From NCBI GenBank assembly GCA_032718475.1, contig JAUCBJ010006644.1, positions 1-51,487 of the forward strand: a DNA stretch of 51,487 bases, read 5' to 3'. Both the position numbers and the translations under genes were made by a program. Shown here piece after piece: positions 1 through 12,426 of this stretch (its first letter is position 1; every line of letters begins with the position of its first letter). The DNA comes from Nemertoderma westbladi. Its lineage: Eukaryota > Animalia > Xenacoelomorpha. The notes beneath the pieces were generated by a model. That model did no database searches. It saw only the letters and a program-made list of their open reading frames with translations, and had not been told where the DNA came from.

Positions 1-1083
1 ATACATAAATAATACTCAATAATAAGTTTCGACTAAAATCTAAGTGCCATTATACTTTAAATTTCGAGGGCATCCAAAACTTATTTTATATAGGAAAGGC
101 ACTAGTGTGTATCCCCGTTTTTAAATACCGTCTTAGCAGATGAATAATTTATGAGTTATATATTTTGCTCTGAGGTTTTCTAGAATAGGACATTAACAGA
201 TTACATGGGTCTCAGTCTGTGTAGCGCCGCACTTACATATTCTACGATTATACGGTACCCGGTTCCACCGACCAATCTTAACGCAGAGGTTGGTCGACAA
301 AAGTCGGAATCGTGAAGAATATATTATATTATATTTATTATTATATATATTATAAAGAATTCTTTTTTTAAGTTACCTCTTTCATACAAGAACTTCCTAC
401 CTCTTAGATAGGCAGTTTCGTTATAAATACATACAGCTACAATGTTCTCTTTTCACTACCTAATTACGATGTTTCTGATCTCGCTATATTTTGTTTATGT
501 CTAAATATCAAGGGGTTCTAAACTACGTAGTTCTAAAACGCCTTGCTCGATATTATTCAATATAACCTGGCAGTCCTATAGACCTATGTCAGACTGTAAA
601 GTCTTTCAGAAAAACTTTCAGACTGTAAAGTCTGAAAGTGTAAAATAACAACAGGAAGTTTGGTGTATTTCACACCACATGGCCAATAATTTTCAGTCAA
701 ACAGGTTCACTTCAAAATGCCACTTTTAATTTACTTCCTGTCTGACGATCGGATACTGGTAGATTTCACTGGCTGGGCTGCTCTACTTCATATCATTTTT
801 TTATTCCTCTCCAGCGTCTCCAGGGGAGAATCAACGCAAATAACAGTTGATTACTCTCAAAAATATAACTTTTACCTTTTCTATTGACTACTGTTTATTG
901 TTTTTTTTAGAATGACGTGTCACTGTAATCTGCTCCTTTCCTTTAATTAATTGATAAGTCTGAACACCAACCTGACTGAAATGCGAAATACTGAAATTAT
1001 TATCAAACTAAATTATTTAGTTTAGTTTCCATTATTCATACGGTACCGCTACAAATGATATTTCTATAAGTGATTATTTTTAG

Positions 1084-1330
1084 TTCTAGTTGCCTACGTG
1101 GGGGACGTCGTTGATGATGTTGCCCCAGTATCGGGAAAAGATGTTCCGATACGGGTATACACTTTGTGCGATGGTGAGGTGCAGTGCACCCTAACGTTAT
1201 GGGAGCCGGGGAAGTTTACCGAATCGAGGTTTAATGTTCACAAAGGAAGCATTGTTGAACTACGGCATTTGAAAATCCGCCACTACCAGGGTGTAAAAAC
1301 CCTGTATAGCACCGGCGGACGACTGGGAAA
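1084..1330 (+). CDS. Probable exon encoding an OB-fold (RPA/SSB-like ssDNA-binding) domain
   Basis: ORF 1098-1334 reads IRVYTLCDGEVQCTLTLW...GSIVELRHLKIRHYQGVKTLYST, the pattern of RPA70/SSB-type OB folds. It is preceded by a TTTTTTAG acceptor and ends at an AA|GTGAGG donor. Confidence 0.55.
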
Positions 1331-2084
1331 GTGAGGTTTTTTTTGTAAAAGTAATGATTCAAATTTACTAGTAGATCTAGTTTACAACGCCGTAAGTCAT
1401 ACAACGCCATCAGAAGTGAGAAGGTGTGTGTCGGAGCCTCACCAGGCACCAGAGTAGTTCAGTTTTAGTTAAGCTGTTAACAATTCTAAAGTAATACCAT
1501 CCCCAGGAACCCAGCTTCAATAATTAATTGGTACATGGCTCCAGGTAAAGTATAGAAAGGGGGAGTAAGTAAAATAGTTGGATAGTGAGAGTATTTGACC
1601 TTGGGAGTTAGTGTGACGCCATCAATGCTTTTAAGGTAAACGTTAAGAGAGAGGAGCCTTGAGGTTGCCTCAGTCAGTAGTGGAGACAGACAGGGCGGTA
1701 TACTGGACGCAAATCCCGCCTTGGCGAATCAATGTTAAATTCTCAATTTAGGGAAAGGAGCAAGTTACAGTGGCCGTTATTTTAACCAAAACAATAAAAT
1801 AAACACAATAGAACAGGTTACAGTTTTATTTTTGTGAGTAATCAGCTGTTATTTGCGTCGAATTTCCCCTTGAGAGGGATAAATAAACCATACTTTATTA
1901 AGTAGGGTTTACCGGTGACCAGTACACATTTTTACTATTCGAGTAGCCTACTGCCAATTATCATTGTATTATCAGATTATAGTACCGGCTGAACGGTATA
2001 ACAAGTTTAGTGCTATTTTAAATCTAATCTCGGCCTTACCGTAATCAATACAATTTGGAGTGCAGTATTGCATTATCATGAATT

Positions 2085-2392
2085 TAATTAATTGTAGTGT
2101 TAAAAGACGAGCAAGACTCTCGACTGCTTTCAATTGATATAAAGCCGCGTGTGAAATGATTGAGATTTAATGTGTATTTGAATCGATCGAAAATCTCTAT
2201 CCATAGAAACCAAGAGAATAAATTTTCAGAGCACTGTGTATGTGTAGTGACATCAAATCTGTAGCAGCCAATCACAGCCGATTTTCAAGATTGGCTTCCC
2301 GGGCTTATTTAAACCCGCCATTTCGACCGTTTCCATGTTTTTTCACAAAAAAAACACACCCCGCCACTCTATTCAGGGCACATTGTTACCCC
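2085..2392. repeat. Copy of a ~300-bp dispersed repeat
   Basis: GTAGTGACATCAAATCTGTAGCAGCCAATCACAGCCGATTTTCAAGATTGGCTTCCC recurs in direct orientation near 4990-5135 and inverted near 4510-4765. Confidence 0.75.
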
Positions 2393-3481
2393 TACTGTAA
2401 TTCAATTGTTTCTAGCCCAACAATTTTTTCGAACCCGGTAGTCTGATAGCAATCTGACATTGGTGCGTCATGAGCGAGATGGGATCATTTTAAGCTTTTG
2501 TTCATCGAACCATAGTAGAAATTAATAGATCTCGAATATAAAGAATGTTCACTTTCTGGCATTTCGCCCTCCTGCAGTAGTGACGGAATGATGGAACTGA
2601 TCTCCCACGAAAATTATTTTTTATCTTTCAAATTTTTGACAAACTTTTTAAGTTTGTAGTATTGGTATACATAGTTACAATGTTGCCCACCTACTTAAGA
2701 GATAAAGAAAATGTTCCAGAATATGGCGTAGGCCTATTTATTACATAGAAGAAATGGCCAGTAGCAGAAGCAAATACTTGCAACAATATTCGAATACCAG
2801 CCATAACTCAGGAACTCAGCTATTTTGCAACTAAATTCTAATATTTTTACATATTTGGATTCCTTGTACGACCAGCTTTCCATTGCTATCAACAAGTTGC
2901 ATTAATCGGCCTGCTGCATTGAAGCTGCATATTGAGATGCTATGCTGGCTTAACAAAAACATGCAATGCATGCACATGCAAAAGCATGCAATCCACAATT
3001 GGCAAACCCAATGCAGCGTGAATTAAGAATTGCTATGCCGGCTTATCAACAAAGTTGCACTGCCACAACTCCCCACTCCCCATGACTTTTCGCGAGATTA
3101 TCCGCATTTTCATGGCCTTCAAGTCCTTTAGGAGGCGTCTCACGAAAGTTATGGGCTGTCCACCATGCTTATCCACTACGCCCCATGGGTCTGCCAAAGT
3201 ATACGATTGTGCACAGGCTGGTCCTCACGGCAAAAACAATGTCCTGCAAAGCGGAGGCGGCTTTGTTCTATTTATATCGTTATGCGGCGTCTAGGTAACA
3301 TGTTTTCTGTATCAATGACCCGAATACCTGATCTGACAACAAGTAAGTTAAAGTACAATAAGGTTGAAGAATAGCTGTAGAACGACAGGTGCAACATCGA
3401 GATAACTGAGAACTAAGTTTGAATGCCGTAACGATTCCACTAATTATCAATTATTTAATTTATATTTTAATATAGGAGTTA

Positions 3482-3757
3482 ATGGCGAACTGCGTCGTCA
3501 TTACCGGCGTACCTCTCCCTTACGACGAGGAGATTGCCAGCACCCCTCCGCCTCTGCCAACCCCGCCGCCACCGGCTTCTCCGTCATATATTGGCGCTTC
3601 ACCCGGTTCGGGACACCAGTCCACCACTGCCACGGGACCACTGAAAAGGCTCATCGAGAGTCAGGTCATCGCCTGGGGTGCGACCCTAGACAATATTGAC
3701 GATGTCACGGAAATCAAAAGAAAAATTCTGAAAGTTTCAGAAATACTATTATCTTAA
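3482..3757 (+). CDS. Short proline-rich ORF or exon, function unknown
   Basis: GC-rich 91-codon ORF in an AT-rich context, preceded by an AG acceptor-like site; no recognisable motif. Confidence 0.2.
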   Translation: MANCVVITGVPLPYDEEIASTPPPLPTPPPPASPSYIGASPGSGHQSTTATGPLKRLIESQVIAWGATLDNIDDVTEIKRKILKVSEILLS

Positions 3758-4499
3758 AAACTAAATTTATATTACACAATGTATATGCATGTTGGATTGT
3801 AGGCGTAGCTATTCCTATTACTATTACTGTATTTGATTGTGTGGACATGTATCATAACCTAAAATGTGTAAAATGTTCTGCTGGCTTCGTTCGCTCACAT
3901 CATTAGGTGCACTCTAATTGCTTAACTTGTAACTTTGTGTTGAAATATAAAAAAGTCACTATGTACACCATGTCCTGGAATATAGTGTCGTTATTGAATT
4001 ACCTGGACTCCCCCCCCCCCCCCCCCCCACACAAAAATTTTTTTTTGCAAATCTTGATAAAATTACTTGAAATTTGAAAAAGAGGTAGATTAAGAATATT
4101 TGGTGTTTGGGGCATTTTTAATAAATCATTGTGTGCAGAAATGCAAACTATAAAAATAGCACTTTTCAGCGTTATGACAACAAGGTGTATTTCGGTCAAG
4201 AGCGAGCGCAGTGAGGGAGGTTTCCATAAATAAACAAATGTCTTTTAACGCTGAATGAATTGTCCCCTTATCATACAATGATGTACGTAATTTTGTTATA
4301 TTATTCACCTTATCAGCGTTTTTAATGCTTAACTATTAGCTTTAATATTTTATTGTTTAAGAATATTAATGAAATTCATATAATTATTATCCAATGAATT
4401 GCAGTTATTGTAACAACTGTACGTTACGTAACAATAATTGCTATCATTAATGGGGAATACTCAAGTATATTGTTATTAAGTTAGTGATTACTTTTGATG

Positions 4500-5135
4500 C
4501 GTTACGAGAGTATTGTAAAAACACAAGGTAACAGTCTAAATGGCGGGTTTAAGTAAGCCCCGAAAGCCAATTTTGAAAATCGGCTGTAATTAGAACTACA
4601 GATTTGACGTCACTACGCAGTGCTCTGATAATTTCTTATATTGCTTTCAATGGAGGGTGATTTTAGATCTTTTCTTAGATTCATTTATACACATTTAATA
4701 TCAATCATTTGACACGTAGCTTGTATCAATTGAAAGTGAAGATTAATTAACAATTAATTAATTAAATGCATGATGATGATCGATGATGAAGATTGATAAA
4801 ATGCTGTATTGCTGCTGGAAATACTGTTGGAAACAGCATTTTATCAACGTTCCTCGTCATTAATTTAGTCAATGTAGGTCATAAGACGCGCTAGATTCTC
4901 CACTTTTAATAGATATAATAAGCCACATGTGAAATGATTGAGAGTTAATATTTATTTGAATGAAGATAATATATTATCAGAGCACTTTGTAGTGACGTCA
5001 AACATGTAGCAGCCAATTACAGACAGTTTTCAAAATTGGCTTCCCATGCTTACTTAAACCCCCAATTTCGACCGTTTCCTCGTGTTTACACAAAAAACAC
5101 ATCCCGTTACTCGATTCAGGGCACCTTGTTACCCC
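4500..5135. mobile_element. Degenerate foldback/MITE-like element with long inverted arms
   Basis: About 4510-4765 is the diverged reverse complement of about 4895-5110. There is a central hairpin TTGATAAAATGCTG...CAGCATTTTATCAA at about 4793-4848. Confidence 0.6.
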
Positions 5136-5284
5136 TTATTCAGTTGTTATATTGCTTTAAATTTCTTTATTTATTTATTTTTTTGGCTATCTATATTATT
5201 CAATTTAAGTAATATATTGTATATATAATCATTTCTATCTGCGTTTAGGAATTATATTTAAATACAAAACAGGACGGGCACAAC

Positions 5285-6995
5285 GGCCAGTATTGGTTGA
5301 CTGCGTATCCCATTGCGCCTCATAATAGCCTCTCGTCAACAAGTCAACCCCACCGACTAGCGGCACTGGCTGTTTCAGCTGAAGGGGCTCTGTCGAAAAA
5401 CGCGTCCCTGATGCAGTAAGGGCCCTCTTTTGAGGAGCAATAAATATTATTATTGCCGCGGAACTGCTTCTACTCTAGGCCAGACCTAGCCAGAAGTAGA
5501 ATCCTCACCAACCATCAACACGAATAGATGAATCTGACACCTGCCCCAACACCCCCCCCCCCCCCCCCGCCCCAATGACGCAGAGGCAGACCAACAACAC
5601 ACATATTCACCTCTACCGATGTCGGAGAGTAAAATACCACGCATTATAGAATACACGAAGTGGGGCCTTCGCGCAGCACGTGAAATGAGTTAATACTAAG
5701 TATCAACTCGAAAGGATTATAAAAACATAGGAGAAGATTTTCCCGGAAAACGTTAACCCTCTAGCGGGAGACTGGGTAACTGAAGAAGGAAGGATTAGTT
5801 TCCCTACAAAGCCACAGCCTATGGTCTATTACATATCTACCAAGTTTCCGATTGACGGATCACAAATAACGAAATGTTGGAAGGTTTTCACTTTCATACA
5901 TTTAGCCCTCTAGCGGCATATTAAAGAACTACGGATCGATCACCTTCCTCACAAAGACGAGGCATGTGGTCTAGTACATACCGGTACTGTATATTCCAAA
6001 ATTCAGCTTAAATAGATTAAGATCAAGGAATTCGCGAAGGTTATCACTTTCCTACATTTCGCCCTCTAGCGGCAGACTCGAAAACTCCGGACCGATTACT
6101 GTCCACACAAAGACTTAGGATGTCTTCTAGTACATATATGACAAGTTTCAGCTTGATCAGATCATAAATAACTAAATGGGAGATTAATTTCACTTTCGGG
6201 ACATTTTGCCTTCTAACGGCAGACTGGAGAACTGTAAACGGATTCGCCTCATTTGAAAGTCATAGCTAATGGTTTAGTACATATCTGCCACGTTTCATCT
6301 TAAACGGATTAAAAGCAAAAAATGGGAAGGACATTTAATGTTTAGACATGTGGCCCTCTACCAGCAGACTGGAAAACTTCGGACCGATTACAATCCACAC
6401 AAAGACTCAGGATGTCATCTAGTACATATATGACAAGTTTCAGCGTAATCAGATCATAAACAACTAAATGGAAGAATAATTTCACATTCGGGACATTTTG
6501 CCCTCTAGCGGCAGACTGGAGAACTGCAGACAGATTAGCCTCCTTTGAAATTTACAGCTAATGGTCTAGTACATACTTCCCAAGTTTCAGCTTAAACGGA
6601 TTAAAAGCAAAGAAATGGGTGGCCATTTAATGTTTAGACATGTGGCCCTCTAGCGGGAGACCATTGCACTGATGGTGTCTGAAAGTCTCTCAAAAATCTT
6701 AACTTTTGCTCATATTGATACCTACAAATTTTCAACTTGGCAGCTTTAAATCCGACAAAGTTATTAGCATGTCAAAATCGTAACGACGACGACGACGACG
6801 ACGACGACAACGACGACGACGACGACGACAACTATTTGCATAAATTGACCCACCCCCTAACAGTGTCAATTCGCTAAGGCTCCGCCAACTTCGTGGCTCG
6901 CCCCACAGGATAAGTTTGATCCAAGCAATGCAACGAAACCTGTGAGTTAGAAAATGCATGGTCCCAATATTTGCAAAATAATTACAAAGTCCTAC
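5285..6995 (-). repeat. ~470-bp dispersed repeat, split by the 5654-6906 insertion
   Basis: 5285-5653 plus 6907-6995 is the near-identical reverse complement of the uninterrupted copy at 13703-14176. Confidence 0.85.
5654..6906 (-). mobile_element. Non-autonomous Helentron-associated (HINE/DINE-1-like) element with internal tandem repeats
   Basis: Inserted at T|T with no TSD relative to the empty site near 13790. Short subterminal inverted motifs (GTGGGGC/GCCCCAC, CACGAAGT/ACTTCGTG), a (GTC)n microsatellite at 6783-6830, and about 7 monomers of ~148 bp with core GCCCTCTAGCGGCAGACT. Confidence 0.65.
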
Positions 6996-7511
6996 ATTTA
7001 TTTTGCATGATATACTAACAACCCGTCACTAACCACAACCAACGTACTGTATAGTACAGTAGTTTGTCGTATTCGCCCAAATACGGCAGTATAACTCTGG
7101 GTTCAGAGAACGTGTATATATTGACAGGCGGCAATCCCCTGATACAGTACCAAGCATGTGTTTGATATAAATATTAGATTTCTACTTCCATACAATTCTC
7201 ATTGATTCCGCAGGTCAATGTTATAATTAAAACAGTCAATTTGATATATTATTCCTATTCCATAGGCGGCTTACACACCAACTCCCACCCTACAGCCCTA
7301 TTTATCCCAATCCATAAATTTTTGTCACAGGTGTGGTCTGAGGATACTACATTATACAAAATGAGTTTTCCATCCTGATAACTCTGTTTAATTTACAATG
7401 TTTATAATAATAACTTCACCTCGATCCATATACCATAAGCATCAAAAGTTGAATAAATACAAATAGATAAGGGTCTTCCCCAACGGTAAAAAATAATAAA
7501 TGTCCCCACTC

Positions 7512-7815
7512 GGCTATAGAGAGTACCTCTTGGTGGTTTCACTGGATTAAACAGTACGGCTGGTGACTTAATACTTTTTGGGAGTCCTGGAGAGAGTGTC
7601 TACCTCAATGGATCCCCTATCTCCTCATACAATAGAGATAATGATCGGTCCCTTGGAAACTGTGCCACCATCCATAAAGGAGATTGGTAGTATCAGTGGT
7701 GTGCCTTCTATAACCTAAACGGCATCTATGGGGTAGCTGGTTGGACAGGGGATATCTAAACGGCATCTATGGGGTAGCTGGTTGGACAGGGGATATCTAT
7801 TGGAACACATTCACT
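7512..7815 (+). pseudogene. Fibrinogen C-terminal (FReD) domain pseudo-exon
   Basis: Translates LGGFTG..STAGD...LNGSPISSYNRDNDRSLGNCATIHKGDW*YQWCAFYNLNGIYG..., matching the FReD motif FSTxDxDND..NCA...GGWWY..C..NLNG. It has an in-frame TAG and a ~41-bp tandem duplication at about 7716-7797. Confidence 0.8.
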
Positions 7816-8547
7816 GACACTGACAGTTACGTACCATTCACTGAACCTTACAGTTACGTACCAATGGATGAATTAGAGGAAAGTTTGGAAAGGATTTATA
7901 TTTCACTTAAAAAAGACCACCAATTTTTTTACTTTATCAATTTTTTTTAAACTTAATTAACTATTATATCAAATCTTTTATTTTTTTTTTCAAATTTACT
8001 ATTGAAATTAGAGAACAACTTTCAGATATGGTGGAACTTTCAATGTAATCAAGATTAAAACTTCTTCAGGAGAAAATTGAACCAAAGTTCAACTGATTTC
8101 TCACCTAAATTAAACTGTAATCTGATATATTATTAGGGCATTAGATAACACTTCGCAGCATTGTGCCCTATTGCTCTGTTGTTATGTGTGCTGTAAATTA
8201 AATAGTAGTTTATGTTAATGCACGTATGAATTTCTGCATCTTAAATTACTTATTTTTAGATGTTTTTGATTGTTTAAATCTCTGACCAGATGAGCATAAA
8301 CTCAAAGCATAAAATCACAACATAAAAAATATCAAATTTTGGTACAGCTTTACACTCAAGCAAATGTTTCAGGCAAGAAGATTGATTAGCTACCCTTGAA
8401 GCAACGCACTTCAATGTGTATTTAATTATTGGCTTTAAACCCAATGGTTAGTTAGGCTTTGGTGAACTCATCATGACAAAGTATGCTGATCAAGCTAAAG
8501 TTATAATTAATTGTAACTAAAACAAATTTCTTCCTAGTAAATAATAA

Positions 8548-8735
8548 ATGCACACTGTACCATATAGTCTATTTGGACCTGGGTCTTGGCTATTGTTCAA
8601 ACTATTGGGCATAGAGGGAAAGTCTTTTGTGATGAAACCAGTGGTTGAATGGGAGAGTGATGTAGACTACAGTAAGGTGAAAAATGTTGTAGACAAAATT
8701 AAAGTTGTGAATGATGCAGCTGAAAGGGCAATTCT
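8548..8735 (+). mobile_element. C-terminal fragment of a hAT-like DNA transposase, cut by the LTR at 8736
   Basis: SWLLFKLLG..F..KPVVEW...DY..VK..V.KIKVVNDAAERAI; the VVNDxAER motif is typical of the C-terminus of a common invertebrate hAT-type transposase group. Confidence 0.5.
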
Positions 8736-9267
8736 TGTGACGGGATCCAGGAGGGATCCCGATTTATCCGGTGTTTAGTTTACGCGTCCCCGCCGTGTAT
8801 AAAGAGTAAACGGAAATAGTGAATGAGTTCTGATATTCGGTGTATAATAATTGATAGGTATAAGATATAGATATGATGACTGTAGTATAATATACGGAAG
8901 GCGGGATACGGTAACTAAAGTCCCGTGCTCCCCTATCTAAACTAACTAACCTACACTGCACTGAGATAACTGAATTACTGACATTGTGTTACTGGTTATA
9001 TTGCACGGTGGCCTTATTGCTCTACTCAATCGATGCCTTGCCCCCCTCTGATTGGTTGATACCCTTGTTGGCGCCCCGTGGAGTGTTCCCGTTCACTCCA
9101 CCTGTACTCTCTGGGTTAGGGGTTTGGCCCCTGACCCTTTATTGTGTGCTTCCTTCCCACTCTTATTGGGATGGCACGAGTTGGTTAATTGCCCAATCTC
9201 GTGGCTCCCAATATTGCTTATCGGCTTATAACTTTATGGGGTGTTAGCGGGATTGAATAAGCTAACA
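8736..9267 (-). repeat. 3' LTR (532 bp) of the deleted copy
   Basis: TGTGACGGGATCC...GCTAACA, homologous to 27074-27611 with several indels, followed by the PPT complement CTCCCCCCC. Confidence 0.93.
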
Positions 9268-9980
9268 CTCCCCCCCATGCTATCTTCCCGGTAAGAAGAT
9301 AGCATCAACCAAAAAGTGCGCTACAATCCCGCTGGATCCCGATCTAGTATCGGGTGTGGGGTGGAATTCTTTTCTCTTGGAGCCGGCTTTCCAGACCGCC
9401 CCCTATGGGTATGATAACGCTACCCTGTGTGCCTGGCGTCTCATGTCGGGCCGATCGCGCTCACCTCTCACGCAACTTTTGTTTCCCCAACACTTCCGCC
9501 CCATCTCCTCTTCACTCTCACTCTAACTCTCTCATACACTTGGGCCTCCTCGTCCCTCACTCAACCTCTTATTCTCCCCCCCCCCCACGCTAGAATTGCG
9601 TCCGCACACTCTCCGCACTCCGCACTATTACTCCGTCCCTCAACCTCACTCTGACTGTCCCATCCCTTCTGACAAATCTCCCCCCCCTCTTGTGCCGTCG
9701 CACTCAAGAAGTGTGGAATTGTCTGGTGTCTCGTCCATAGTCCCATAGTCAGTTATCCCCCAGTCCCAGTGGCTAATTGAGAAAGGTTGTATGGCTATAG
9801 TACTTACTCCGAACGTATATATTTCTAGATTACTAATTACTACGTACGTACATACAAATTGCAATTGCATATGATTATTTGCATTAATTAGATTTGTACT
9901 TAATAGTTCGTACGTCCCACGCGGCGCCTTCCAGGCGTACCACGTCTAAGTCCCAGTCTCTCTCCCTCGACTCCGGGAAC

Positions 9981-12227
9981 CTATCTGTTCCTCTGGGGAT
10001 AGTTCCCCCTGGCGTCCTCTTCCCTGGGTCGTTTCTTGGTTATCACCGTTCCTCTGGCATTATCCGCCTTCTGTTTTCGGACCTTCGCCGCCACCTCCCT
10101 GCTGATCCCGGTCGTTGGCTCCTTGGGCGCTGGTGTTATTAGTGCCCGATATCGCTTCGCCGGTGGCCCCTCAGAGTGGCCCGGTTGTCTCCCTCTGGTG
10201 GCGTCCCATAGGATCATTTTCATTGCCTTTGGTACGTGCTCCGCCAAGAAATCCCTAAACTCCCTTCGGTTGTCTGGCGTCCACCTGTCCAGATACCTTT
10301 GCGTGTTCATCACTCCAGCGTACGACGCCGCCGTTGCTACCTCTTGGTAGGTAAACGGTAGCCTCCGCTTTATGATTTCCATGTGAGTCTCCTGATTGAT
10401 AAGGAAGAAACCCCACTTAAATTCCTGGGCCTTCATGCGCTGGCGCGTCATGGCCCCGACGTCGGCCCACTCCTCGAACCTTGTGAACTTCTCCTCGTCG
10501 TTCATCCAGTCGCACTCGCGTCCGTAGTGTCCCCGAAAGTGGCACTTTGTACATCGATTATGCAACCGTGGGCATGCCCCCATCCTGTGGCTTTGTTCTC
10601 GACAGTAGAGACAAAAAGTTCCCTTTTGGAACCGGTAAAGGCAATTCTTTTCTTGGTGGGTCTGTCTCCCACAATAGTCGCAGCCGAGTACCAATGTCTC
10701 CCGTCCCACCTCGTCCTTCGTCCCAAGCGATCTCCGCGGTCTGTGGAGTCGCTGGTAGGCGAACTTCTCTACGTTGGCCTCTCTATCTACATCGATCTCT
10801 CCGCCCCTCTCGGGCATCGTCTCCCCGAATACTATCCGTGGTGCCGTCCCCGGTTGTTCGCCCAACCTGATGGTGCCCCCCGCGAAATCCATCGCCGGCT
10901 CCTCGTGCACCCAGGTCCGCTTTGTTCCCGCGAACATGCATCCCGATGTCTCCGACATCCCAAATGGTATCTTGCTCTTAATTGGACCACTCAGCGTCCA
11001 CCCGAATGGTGTTAATATGGCCACCGGGTCACTCTGCTTGTCTTCGCCGAAGACCGTTTGCATTCTTTCGTGGGCTGTTGGGCAGTCCATACCTACTATG
11101 ATGGATACCTTCCTAACGTCCACGTCTGGGATTGAGAAGTCAATGTTGTCCAGGAATTTGTACTGCTCAACCTCGATGTTGGTTGGCCGCCTGGCATTGA
11201 TATTAATTGACTCTATCACTTGAATGGGGTCGATGGTTGCCCCATAGTCGCATCCTGGTGCCACTGCTGTAATTGCGCACCGTCCTGTTCTCATCTCCAG
11301 GACCTCATCTTTGCTAGAGATGGTTGTTACCGCCATCCTGCTCGGCCTCGTTCTCAATCCTATCTCCACGGCCACCCATTCCTCGATTAATGTGAAGGCA
11401 GCTCGACTATCAACCAGCATTAGTGTTGTTACTGATCGATTGCCTTCCCCGATCACTCGCACTGGTACTACTCCGAGTAGCACCGTTCCCCTCTTCTTCG
11501 CCCCTACTGTGCTCGTCGCCATCGTTTGGCCTCTCCTTTGACCAAATTTCATTGGCTTCTCCTTGCACTCCCTTGCTCTATGTCCACTCATTACACATCG
11601 CGAGCAGATTTTATTGCTGAACGCATAATCTATCTGATCCTGCCTGGGTAGCGCCTGCCAGTACCTGCAGTTCATAGTTTGATGAAGCGCATTTGCGTGT
11701 AGCTGACATTTGCTCTTTGGGTCGTAGCCTTCTTTATACAGTGCATTGCGTATCGCGGTTGCGTTCGTACCGAAGTCCCTACTATTCTTATTGTTTGGGT
11801 TTTGCCTACTGGACGTACTGGGGTTATGTTTATTTGTGCTGTTATTGTTTCCCTGTCCGTTCCATGATGTTGTCTTATTCTCGGCTAGCTGTGGACTTGC
11901 AGTCCCCTGCGTCGCTGCATATGGCAATGATTGCCTGAGTCTCGGTAATGCGTTCGATGTGTTGTGCTCTGGTTTCGGTCTATGGTAGTCTGTCTTCGGT
12001 CCCTTTCCCAGGCTGTCTTCGCTATAGACTGGGTCAGTTATTAGTTCAGCCTCGTAGTTTAAGAAGTTTGACATTTCTTCTAAACCCGGTTCCGCACCCT
12101 TCTTATCTCGAGTGGAGAAGGCAATTTTCCTCCACTTGTTGCGCAGCCAGTTTGGTAGTGCCTGCGCTATCGTGGTGATGTTGTTGGACGCATTGAGCTC
12201 GTACGGTGTGTCTAGCGTCTTCAGCAC
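9981..12227 (-). pseudogene. In-frame chimera: Gag C-terminus and protease fused to ORF3 zinc knuckles
   Basis: Pol-derived ...GCMFAGT joins ORF3-derived KRTWVHE at about 10922. The protease motif is LVDSRA rather than LVDSGA, and there is an upstream frameshift near 12296. Confidence 0.85.
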
Positions 12228-12426
12228 GATTAGCGCCTTTTCGACTTTGTTAGCGAACGTCTTAATGCTAACGGGATTATCCTGTAGGCCACCGCGATGT
12301 TATGCCTCTCAGCGTCTGCCTGATGATCTTGGCCGGGTGCCCGTATTCCCTATCCAGTGCCCGCCATGCTGTCGTGAAGCCGCCCTCTATTCCTTGATAT
12401 TGCCTCACGATGTCGTATGCTGGGCC

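Noticed and set aside
6732-6959. Poly-Arg ORF
   Set aside because: Translation of the (GTC)n microsatellite.
10915-10930. Deletion junction as a spliced-out intron
   Set aside because: The ends of the missing segment are not GT...AG on the sense strand.
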